From assembly GCA_963772935.1 (NCBI GenBank), contig CAVYZK010000001.1:166001-230000 (forward strand): a DNA stretch of 64,000 nt, in the 5' to 3' direction. The notes under the pieces are model-generated. The model saw nothing but the letters and a program-made list of their open reading frames with translations. It was not told the origin of the DNA and did not search any database. The stretch comes from an uncultured Alphaproteobacteria bacterium (GTDB lineage: Bacteria; Pseudomonadota; Alphaproteobacteria; Rhodobacterales; Rhodobacteraceae). Positions 46,770-54,928 of this stretch are shown here, piece by piece (within the stretch, counting starts at the first letter, position 1; each line of letters opens with the position of its first letter). Made by a program: the position numbers and the translations under genes.

Positions 46770-48113
46770 GGCGCGCCTCCGTCAAACAGGGTCAGAGGGC
46801 CTTGGCCCGCGACCACGGCGAACAGCGCCACGATCAGGACCGCCACGAAGATATACAGAAACAGCCCCATCCGTTTCGCCCGCGCCTCGGCGTTGATCAG
46901 GCGCGCGGCAAGGGCCAGCACGACGGCGGCAAAGGCGGCAAGGAAGGCGACCTTCTGGATCGGGGAAAGGGTCAGGCCAAGGCCGGATGTCCCAGCAGGG
47001 GACACCAGCAGATAACGGGTCAGCAGATCGCCGGGCGCTGCCGCCATGATCGGTTCGGCGGGCAGGTAGATCGCAGATGTTGCCACATGCAGCATGATCC
47101 CGACCACCCCGCAGGCCAGCACCACAAACGCACCCCAAGGCGAGATGAAGGAAATGTGCCGCCCGATCACCGGCACCAGCAGCGTCAGCAGCAGCGACGC
47201 CATCAGGATCAACCCGTAGGCCATCTGCGTCACAAACGCCTGCACCGCGCCAAAGTTGAACGTCGCCAGCACATAGCCGATCAGGTACAGGTTCAGCGCC
47301 CCCAGCAGCGCCCCAGTCACCCCGCCGCGCCCGCCTGCCAGACTGACCCCGCCCAGCACCAAGCGCCGTGGTTGCGGTCAGCGTCATGTTGGTGCCTTGG
47401 GTGGGGTCGCCCGAGGCGATCAGCGCCGTGTAGCAGATCGCACCCAAGCCCACGAAAATCCCGGCAATCACATGCGCGCCGATGCGCACGATGTTGATGC
47501 GCACGCCGCTGGTCCAGGCGGCGCGCTCGTCATAGCCCATCATCCGCAGGTTGGCGTAAAACGGCGTCAGCGTGAACAACAGCCACCCCGCCGTGGCAAG
47601 CAGCACGATCAGCAGCACGGGCGAGAATATGGTGGCCCCAAGGCCCCAGCTTGCCATGAACTCTGGTGCCACACCACCGGGGCGGGGCAGGATCACCAGG
47701 TTGATGCCGGTCAGTGCCAGAAACCCCGACAGCGCCACGATGATCGGCTGCACCCGCACCCAGATCACGATGGCGGCGAACAAAAGCTGGTACAGAACCC
47801 CGATGCCGATTGCCACGAAGAACACGCCGAATGGGCCCGTCACCACCTCCAGCCCGTTCAGTTTGACGATGCTGACGTTGATGAAGGCCAGCAGCGGCCC
47901 CACCGCCAGATCAACCGTGCCGCGACCCGCCACCGCCAGCGCCATCAGCGCATAGGTGGCCAGCGTCAGCGGGGCCGCCACGATGATCGCCGACCCGAAC
48001 CCCGACAGCGACACAAGGCTGGGCCCCCGCACCGCCGCGATGCCCAGAAGCACCGCGATCAGCAGGATCGGCACCAGCAGATAGGTGCTTGTCGAGGAGG
48101 ATCGTTCCGACAT
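46766..48113 (-). pseudogene. sugar-type ABC permease with about 115-aa extra C-terminal TM region, 1-nt frameshift near 47360-47375
   Basis: The frame is good to '...GDPTQGTNMTLTA'. It then continues in another frame as 'VLGGVSLAGGRGGVTGALLGA...', the conserved permease motif. Span is 1348 nt (3n+1). Confidence 0.8.
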
Positions 48114-48144
48114 GCGGCGGGCTTTTCATCCGAAGGAAAGGGGG

Positions 48145-48171
48145 TTCGGGCGCGTCTTGCACGCGCCCGAA
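48145..48171 (-). terminator. perfect 11-bp GC-rich stem-loop between the hydrolase and permease genes (attenuator or mRNA-stabilising hairpin)
   Basis: TTCGGGCGCGT-CTTGC-ACGCGCCCGAA, read directly. It lies 7 nt after the hydrolase stop and has no clean U-tract. Confidence 0.45.
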
Positions 48172-48177
48172 AAGGGA

Positions 48178-49116
48178 TCAGAGATCAATCACCCGACGCC
48201 CCGCAGGGCGCGGTGACGAGGATGGGGACGACGCAGGGCCAGACAGCGCACGCCCTCCACCCCGGCGTTCGGGATCGTTCTGCACGATCTTTTTCAGCAC
48301 GGGGCTGATCACATCCTTGAACTTCACCGGGTCTTCCGATGTCGGGAAATGCCCGCCCGAGAAGATGATGGTTTCAGACCCCTTCACCTTTTCTGCCGTC
48401 CGCAAGGTCATTTCCGGCGTGCAGGCAAAGTCATATTCCCCGGTCAGGAAATAGATCGGCGTGCGGCCAGAGATCTTGTGAACGGTGTCGCGGAAATCGC
48501 TGTCCACGGAGTAGAAATAGAGGTCGCCCTTGAAGATGCCGGGCCCGCCCTGGGCATAGTACCACCATGTTTCCCAACGATAATCATCCGGGCTTTCCGG
48601 CGACATCAGGCCGAAGGTGCTGGTCGCCACAGCCTCGCCGCCATGGATATGCGGGTGATGCAGCGGGTAAATCCACCAGCCGGGGGAATAGTCGCAAGCC
48701 TCAAGCGCGATGAAGGCCGAAAACTCGTTTTCATACTTCAGCGCCAGTGCCAGACAGATGTTGCCGCCCATGGATTGCCCCATGATCACCGGCTTTTTCA
48801 GATCAAGCGCGCGGCAGAAGGCGACGATGAATTCGGTGTAGAATTTCGTCGTCAGCTTGTACTCATCCTCCATCAGATGGAAATCTGCGGGCGGAATCGA
48901 CTTGCCATGCCACGGCATGTCAAAGGCGATCATGCGGAAATTGGCGGACATGTCCGGGTCGCACATCTGGTGGCGATACTGCCGCCCGTCGGTGCCTGCG
49001 GTGTGCAGGCAGACCATCGGGATGCCCTCGCCATGTTCTTCGTAATAGGTCCGGTAGGTCTTGCCCTCGCAGGTGACATAGACGTAGCGGCCAATGATGG
49101 GGTCGTGCTGGTTCAT
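48178..49116 (-). CDS. alpha/beta-fold hydrolase
   Basis: 'VCLHTAGTDGRQY' and nucleophile elbow 'GQSMGG', 312 aa. The last 30 or so residues are low-complexity (Pro/Ser/Gly/Arg). Confidence 0.75.
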   Translation of the reverse strand: MNQHDPIIGRYVYVTCEGKTYRTYYEEHGEGIPMVCLHTAGTDGRQYRHQMCDPDMSANFRMIAFDMPWHGKSIPPADFHLMEDEYKLTTKFYTEFIVAFCRALDLKKPVIMGQSMGGNICLALALKYENEFSAFIALEACDYSPGWWIYPLHHPHIHGGEAVATSTFGLMSPESPDDYRWETWWYYAQGGPGIFKGDLYFYSVDSDFRDTVHKISGRTPIYFLTGEYDFACTPEMTLRTAEKVKGSETIIFSGGHFPTSEDPVKFKDVISPVLKKIVQNDPERRGGGRALSGPASSPSSSPRPAGRRVIDL

Positions 49117-49126
49117 CGCGGGTTCC

Positions 49127-49531
49127 TCACACTTCGCGCATCAGGGACAGCATCCGCGTCAGCGCGCGCATGTTCTGCCAGAACGGCAGGGTGTTGCCGT
49201 CGATCACCAACTGCTTGTGCAGCGGGTGCGCCATCGCCCAGATGTCGTTGAACATCGGCGGCGGGATTTTCATGCTGAACTTGGCCCAGGCGCTGGATGG
49301 CGCGCGCAGGGCAAAGTCGAACCCCATGTCATTGGGGGTCAGTCCTTCGGAAATGCGGGTGATCTTGCCCCCCCGCACCTCGACCAGAAATTCTGTCTCA
49401 TCCACGCCCAGAACAAAACGGTTGGTAAAGAATTTGGCCGTGACCGGCAAAATCCTGTCTTCATTGACGCAGCGCGCCCAGCGTTCGACCCATTCCAGAT
49501 CGAAACCTTTTCTGCTGCCGTATTTACTCAT
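49127..49531 (-). CDS. small soluble protein, SCP2/sterol-carrier-like (tentative)
   Basis: 134 aa with AGGAGG upstream of ATG 49531. The pattern '...FLVEVRGGKITRI...FALRAPSSAWAKF...LVIDGNTLPFWQNMRAL' resembles the SCP2 fold. Confidence 0.4.
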   Translation of the reverse strand: MSKYGSRKGFDLEWVERWARCVNEDRILPVTAKFFTNRFVLGVDETEFLVEVRGGKITRISEGLTPNDMGFDFALRAPSSAWAKFSMKIPPPMFNDIWAMAHPLHKQLVIDGNTLPFWQNMRALTRMLSLMREV

Positions 49532-49562
49532 GCGGTCCTCCTTGGGGGTTCGGCAGATTGTG

Positions 49563-50090
49563 TCATGGGGTTGGCAAAGGTTTGCGGGCCGGGCCGTAAA
49601 CCGCTGTGAAAGAAGCCTGATCAATCGCCACCGGCAGTACGGCAGCGGCGAAAGCCGCGAGGTCAGCCCCCGGTGCTATATCCACGCGGGCCGTCTTCAA
49701 CGCATAAAGCGTGAAGACATAGCGGTGCTGGCGGTCGGGCGGCCAAGGCCCGCCCCAACCGCGCCCGAAGCCCGGAATGCCGAAGGTCACAAAATCGGAA
49801 TTCAGCTCTGCCGCAGGGGACGGCATCGCAAGGCTGTTGCTGGCACCCTCAGCCAGTTCGCGGATATGACCCGGAATGTCATGAACCAGCCAATGCGCGA
49901 AACTGCGGGGAAAGTTGAAGGCGGCCGGCAGGTCGGGGTCGGTGACGGCCAGCGCAAAACTTTGCGTCCCCTCGGGTACCCCCGACCAGCGCAGGGCGGG
50001 CGAAGTGGGGCTTTCTTCGACAAAGCGGTCAGGGACAGTGGACCCTTGCGGAATGTCGGGGGCGGTCAGCAGGAAACCGGATTGGTTCAT
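49563..50090 (-). CDS. YbhB/YbcL-family PEBP (Raf-kinase-inhibitor-like) protein
   Basis: 'SPALRWSGVPEGTQSFALAVTDPD', 'HWLVHDIP' and 'GPWPPDRQHRYVFTLYAL' are PEBP hallmarks. It has its own ATG 50090 with GAGGA upstream. The upstream ATPase frame runs into it without a stop. Confidence 0.7.
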   Translation of the reverse strand: MNQSGFLLTAPDIPQGSTVPDRFVEESPTSPALRWSGVPEGTQSFALAVTDPDLPAAFNFPRSFAHWLVHDIPGHIRELAEGASNSLAMPSPAAELNSDFVTFGIPGFGRGWGGPWPPDRQHRYVFTLYALKTARVDIAPGADLAAFAAAVLPVAIDQASFTAVYGPARKPLPTP

Positions 50091-51709
50091 AGCATCCTCG
50101 GCTGGTTTGGGGCGGGTCAGGGGCACGACGCGCGCAGCGGGGCGGCCATCGTCACGCGGGGGGGTGCGGGGTGTGTCAGGGGCGTCAGCGGTCAGCGGCT
50201 CGGCCGCCCGGCGGCCAAACATCGCGTTCAGGATGACATGACCATCAAACGGCGGGTCAAAATCGGCAGAAATCGAGCCATTGCGAAACACATGCACCCG
50301 TGAACACAGGTTCATGAATTCCTCGATTTCAGACGACAGGAACACCACCGCATTCCCCCGCGCGGCGAAGTCGCGCAGGTTGCGGTAGAGGTCCAGCTTC
50401 GCCCCGATATCAATGCCGCGCGCCGGATCATTCAGCACCAGCACTGTCGGCTTTTCGGCAAAGGCCCGTGCGATCAGCACCTTTTGCTGGTTGCCGCCCG
50501 ACAGCGAGGTGATCAGGTTTTCCGGCGACCCCATCTTCACCGCCAGCTTGCCGGTCTCCCAATCAAAGATCGGTCCCAGCTTGGTACGGTTGATCAGGTT
50601 CAGCCAGCCCCCCGCGCGGTAGGTGCGATAGATCGGCAGCGCCAGATTTTCAAAGATGCCAAGGTTGGCAAAGATACCCTCTTTCTTGCGGTCGCCCGAG
50701 ACGTAGCGATGCCGTTTTCGCGCGCGGACCGCAGGTCGGTGACGGGTTCGGCCACCCCGTCGCGCACCACCGCGATTTGCCCTGACACCAGCGGCGCGAC
50801 CCCGGCCATTGCCCGCACGAATTCGGCCTGCCCCTGCCCATCCAGCCCGGTGATCCCCACCACTTCGCCGGGGAACAGCGTAAAGTCAAAAGCCGCACCA
50901 TCGGCCCAAACCTTGGCCGCCACCATCCGCAACACCGGCAGATCAGAGGACCGGCTGGCCGAAACCTGTGACCCTTGCGCCTTCTCGCGCTCCGGCCCTG
51001 CGATCAGCGCCAGGATGCGCGCTTCAGTAATTTCGTCCTTCTCCAGCGTCCCGACCGTGCGGCCATCGCGCAGCACCGTGGCGCGGTCGGCGATGCGCAC
51101 CAGTTCGGCGATGCGGTGTGTGACGATCATGATGGAACAGCCGCGCGCCTTCATCTGACGCATCTTGCGGAACAGCCGTTCGGTGGAATCGAAATCCAGT
51201 GCCGCCGAAGATTCGTCCAGGATCAGCACCTTGGGGTCGGTCAACAGCGCGCGGCCAATGGTGATCCATTGCTTGATCGACAGGGGCAACTCGCCCGCAG
51301 GTACATCCAGATCGAGATCGAAGCCCAGCAGTTCCGCCATCAGAGCAGATGCCCGCGCGTAGCGTTCTTCGCGGCTGACCGACGACCCCAGCAGGCCGTC
51401 CGCCCCAAGATAAAGGTTGTCCAGCACCGAACATTCATCGGCCACCAGCACTTCCTGAAATACGTTGGAAATCCCCAACTCCCGCGCCTCATGCGGCGAG
51501 GTGGCAGATTTGCCCAGGATAGCAACCTGCCCTTCGTCGGGGATCAGCACACCGGAAATCACCTTGGCGAGGGTACTTTTGCCAGACCCGTTGCCGCCGA
51601 TGATCGCATGAACCTCGCCCTCATAGGCGCGCAGCGATACCCCGCCCAAAGCCACGGTCGGGCCGAAGGTCTTGCGGACCGCAGATATTTCGACCGTGAC
51701 GACAGACAT
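50091..51709 (-). pseudogene. two-NBD sugar ABC transporter ATP-binding protein, 1-nt frameshift near 50698-50712 and no stop of its own
   Basis: NBD1 has 'GGNGSGKST' and 'LILDESSAALD'. After '...ARENGIA' the expected 'YVSGDRKKEGIFANLG...' is in another frame. NBD2 has 'LSGGNQQKVLIARA' and 'LVLNDPARGID'. Start at 'MSVVTVEIS' (51709). Confidence 0.8.
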
Positions 51710-51818
51710 GGGGATGCGGGTTCCAGCGGTTGGGAGGATCGCCGCGCAAACCAAGGGCGCGGCGGCGTTTGTCACGCGGCCCCCCCTCTGTAGGGAGGGG
51801 AGGCGATTTTCCTGACAG

Positions 51819-53012
51819 TTACGGCTTGGGATGCGAGGCCGGATCATAGGCCTCGGGATCGGCGGGTCGCAGGAAGAACTGGTCAAGATAGGCCTTGCCC
51901 GCCCAAGCCTCGATCCCAGGATGATACCATCCGTCGGAATCCTCGCTGCAATCTTCGGGGATCGCCGCCATCATCTCATCTTTGGTCATCATGATCGGCG
52001 TGGTCAGGATCGACTGAATCTTCGGCCCCTGCCCTTCCAGCGTCCGCATCATGATGTCCCAGATCATTTCAAAATCATCCCCCGGTGGCCAGGCATGCAG
52101 GGCCGAAGAAATGAAATCAGGGTTGTGCCGCCAGTAGCACAGCGCGCCCAGTTCTGACCCGATGGTGATTGGCACCATATCGCGCCCGGACTGCTTCATC
52201 GCACGCAATGCGCCCAGTTCGGACGCGGATTGAATGATGATGCCGTTCAACTCGCCCGGATTGGTTGCCATCCATTTCTGAACTTCGGCCTGCGCAACCT
52301 GATCGGTCCACATGCCTGCAACCTGCCCCTTGATGGCAATGTCAGGATGTTCAGCAAGGGCCGCCTGAATACCCACGTTCTGGCTGTCAGACGCCGACGC
52401 GCCGGGGATGCCCTCGACCACCAGCACATTGCCCTTGCCGCCGATCTCATTCGCCATCCAGTCGCCCATCATCCGCCCGCCGACCACAAAGTTGGCCGAG
52501 GAGTTGACCGCATAGGGGCTGGTCAGGTAGCCGATGCCGGAAAACACCGGCACCCCTTTGGAATGGGCATATTCCACCGTCTGGTTCAGCGCGGTGGGGT
52601 TGGAACAACAGACGATGATCGCATCAACCCCTTGATCGACCAACTGGCGCATCTGCTGAATCTGCGTCGAGTCGTTCAAATTGGATTGCGTAACAATCAC
52701 TTCCGAGATCAGTCCCAGCTTTTGCCACTTCGGGATGATCTCATTCTGCAAACGGTCCATCACCCCTGCCCGCCAGGTATTGCCCGCATAGCTGCTGGCA
52801 TAGCCGATCTTCCATGGCGGCGGGTTCTTTGCCACAAAGTCACGGTAAGCACTGTCGGCAATCGGCTGGTTCGGGTCCAGCAATGCCGGATTGTAAAGTT
52901 TGTCCTGAATATCCTGCGGAAGTTCCGTTACATCAGCAACGGCCTGACCCGCTGCGGCGACCGATGCGCAAAGCACTATCGTTCGCAGCACAGCTGCGTT
53001 CATGCGTTTCAT
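51819..53012 (-). CDS. sugar ABC substrate-binding protein (type I periplasmic binding fold)
   Basis: Signal 'MKRMNAAVLRTIVLCASVAAAGQAVA' and GGAGG upstream of ATG 53012, 397 aa. The track start at 53297 is rejected. Confidence 0.8.
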   Translation of the reverse strand: MKRMNAAVLRTIVLCASVAAAGQAVADVTELPQDIQDKLYNPALLDPNQPIADSAYRDFVAKNPPPWKIGYASSYAGNTWRAGVMDRLQNEIIPKWQKLGLISEVIVTQSNLNDSTQIQQMRQLVDQGVDAIIVCCSNPTALNQTVEYAHSKGVPVFSGIGYLTSPYAVNSSANFVVGGRMMGDWMANEIGGKGNVLVVEGIPGASASDSQNVGIQAALAEHPDIAIKGQVAGMWTDQVAQAEVQKWMATNPGELNGIIIQSASELGALRAMKQSGRDMVPITIGSELGALCYWRHNPDFISSALHAWPPGDDFEMIWDIMMRTLEGQGPKIQSILTTPIMMTKDEMMAAIPEDCSEDSDGWYHPGIEAWAGKAYLDQFFLRPADPEAYDPASHPKP

Positions 53013-53839
53013 GTTTCCTCCCTGGGTGCCGGTTCTCGTTGGATTGCGGCGAATGGCCCTCCTCCGGGCTGTCCTCACAATTTGCGAGATGGGGGAAAAC
53101 AGGAAATAGGTTTTTCGTATATCCGCTATATCGCAGCGGTATATCCAATCGCGGACTTTAGGTGATAACCATCGTCGCTTGGGGGGAATTTGACCTTCAG
53201 GCCCAGGACTCAAGATGATGGTCGCACTGATCTGCGGCCTCGGTGACGGCGATGCGATGGAGGAGGCGCTACGGGCGCTGATTGAGCTAGTCCCCAAGTC
53301 TTGGACAGATTTTCGGGTGATTTAAGCGACTGCCTGCACCTGCTGATCGGTTTGGGTTCCTGATCAAGTTGCTCGAAAAGGGCGATATCCCGATCACAAC
53401 GGTCGGCCGCCATCGTCGTGTAGACGATGAGTGGCATCAAAACAGACTTTTTGCAGTTTCATGAACGGCCAATAAACGACCGAGTGTCAGCGACTGCTGT
53501 GATTGGCTCTGTCGCCATCTTCGTCATGAAGCCCATGTCTGGACCCGGCCATCAACCGAAGAACATCATCCTCAGGTGGGTCAGTTCTCGATGAAAGCCA
53601 ACACAGGTGCCGTTTGCCGCCAACCTGCCAAGGTTCCTCGGAACCGGAGCTTGCGAGCCTGACCTCATCCTGCCAGCACTCTTGCGACCGGCACATAAAC
53701 CTTCATCGAAAACCAAACCCAGATCCTCGGGTTTTTCGGAATCTCATGATTGTTCTGATGTTTGGCTTCAACATGAGCTGACAAACCACAACGGAAAACA
53801 TACATTAGGGAAGCGCTGACAATCCGCGCGAGCGCAGGC

Positions 53840-54598
53840 TTACACCGGTGCCTTCAGCTCGGTGATCAGGTCATAGGCGTCGCCACGATAGATGGAATGG
53901 GTGAATTCCACTGGGCGGCCGTCGGGAAGGAAGGTGACGCGTTCCATCCCCAGTGCGGCCGCGCCCTCGAACACACCAAGCAGTGCGGCGTCTGCACCTG
54001 ACAGATTGACAGCCGAAATGCGCTGCAATGCCCGAACCGGCGAAAGGCCGCGCTTTTCCAGTGCCTCGTACAGTGACTCGGTGCCCGCCTCGGATTCGGG
54101 TAAATCCCGTTCAGCCAGCGTGGCGAGTTCAATGGCCATCGGTACATTGTCGGCCAGACGCAGGCGGCGCAGGCGCACGACGCGGTCATCAGGTGACAGG
54201 TTGAGGCGCAGAGCTTCGACGGGGGACGGCAGGCTGACCTCGCGCAGCAGCGATTGCGACCCGGCCTTCATGCCACGTCGCTGCATGTCTTCGGAGAATG
54301 AGGTCAGGCGTGCCAGCGGCTGTTCCATCCGGGGCGGCGTGTCGGCGATGTAGTTTCCCGAGCCGTGCTTTTGGACGATCAGCCCGGATTCAGCGAGGCC
54401 TTGCAGCGCCTTTCGGACGGTCACCCGCGACAGCCCGAGGCGGTCGGCGATTTCACGTTCGCTGGGCAAGACATCACGCGGTCGCAACTCGCCCCTGCGG
54501 ACGGCATCGCGGATGTGCCTTTGCAGCAGCAGGTAGAGGGGTGCCGGATCATTCTTGGGCCAGACCACCCTGCTGAAGACCATGCGTTGATCGGGCAT
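53840..54598 (-). CDS. GntR-family transcriptional regulator, HutC/UTRA subfamily
   Basis: 'LPSEREIADRLGLSRVTVRKALQGLAESGLIVQKHGSGNYI' winged HTH plus a UTRA-like C-domain. Confidence 0.85.
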   Translation of the reverse strand: MPDQRMVFSRVVWPKNDPAPLYLLLQRHIRDAVRRGELRPRDVLPSEREIADRLGLSRVTVRKALQGLAESGLIVQKHGSGNYIADTPPRMEQPLARLTSFSEDMQRRGMKAGSQSLLREVSLPSPVEALRLNLSPDDRVVRLRRLRLADNVPMAIELATLAERDLPESEAGTESLYEALEKRGLSPVRALQRISAVNLSGADAALLGVFEGAAALGMERVTFLPDGRPVEFTHSIYRGDAYDLITELKAPV

Positions 54599-54813
54599 CG
54601 CAACCCCTTCTTCGGTTTTGATTCGGCAGCTTGATGTGGCTTGACCTTAGCCAGCAGCAGACATTCGGAAAAGTGGTATTTGAAAAAAATGCCATTTCCG
54701 TGGCGCACGAAGTGAGAGTTCAGTGGAGACCGGGATGGCCTGAAAAAGTATACAATAAAAACAATGTATTAAATTTATGCCACTGATCGGTAAATGCCGT
54801 GGTGAGGTGAGAG

Positions 54814-54853
54814 TTGACAGGGCGGTCTATATTGGCATTGTATTGGTATACCA
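54814..54853 (+). promoter_or_regulatory. candidate promoter (TTGACA-N17-ATTGTA) overlapped by a perfect palindrome TGGTATACCA (54844-54853), a HutC-type operator candidate
   Basis: Read directly in the AT-rich divergent region. A second GTATAC core lies at 54748-54753. Confidence 0.4.
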
Positions 54854-54928
54854 TCTGCCCCCGGACTTTGGCAGCTTCGTTGCCGACGTGCGCAGACAAC
54901 AACAGTCCTTGCCGAGGAGACGGTACCT

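Noticed and set aside
48178-48290. The Pro/Ser/Gly/Arg-rich C-terminal tail of the alpha/beta hydrolase as a ninth frameshift.
   Set aside because: Neither alternative frame gives a more convincing continuation, and all three frames stop within a few codons of each other. This is left unresolved rather than called.
24800-50712. Programmed ribosomal frameshifting as the explanation for the eight frame switches.
   Set aside because: No slippery heptamers or downstream pseudoknot-like structures were seen at the sites. The affected genes are unrelated housekeeping-type families that are single-frame everywhere else. Both +1 and -1 net changes occur.
53214-53324. 36-codon plus-strand ORF 'MMVALICGLGDGDAMEEALRALIELVPKSWTDFRVI' as a real small gene.
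   Set aside because: It has no Shine-Dalgarno motif and no recognisable family, and it lies in a composition-atypical spacer. It is more likely a remnant.
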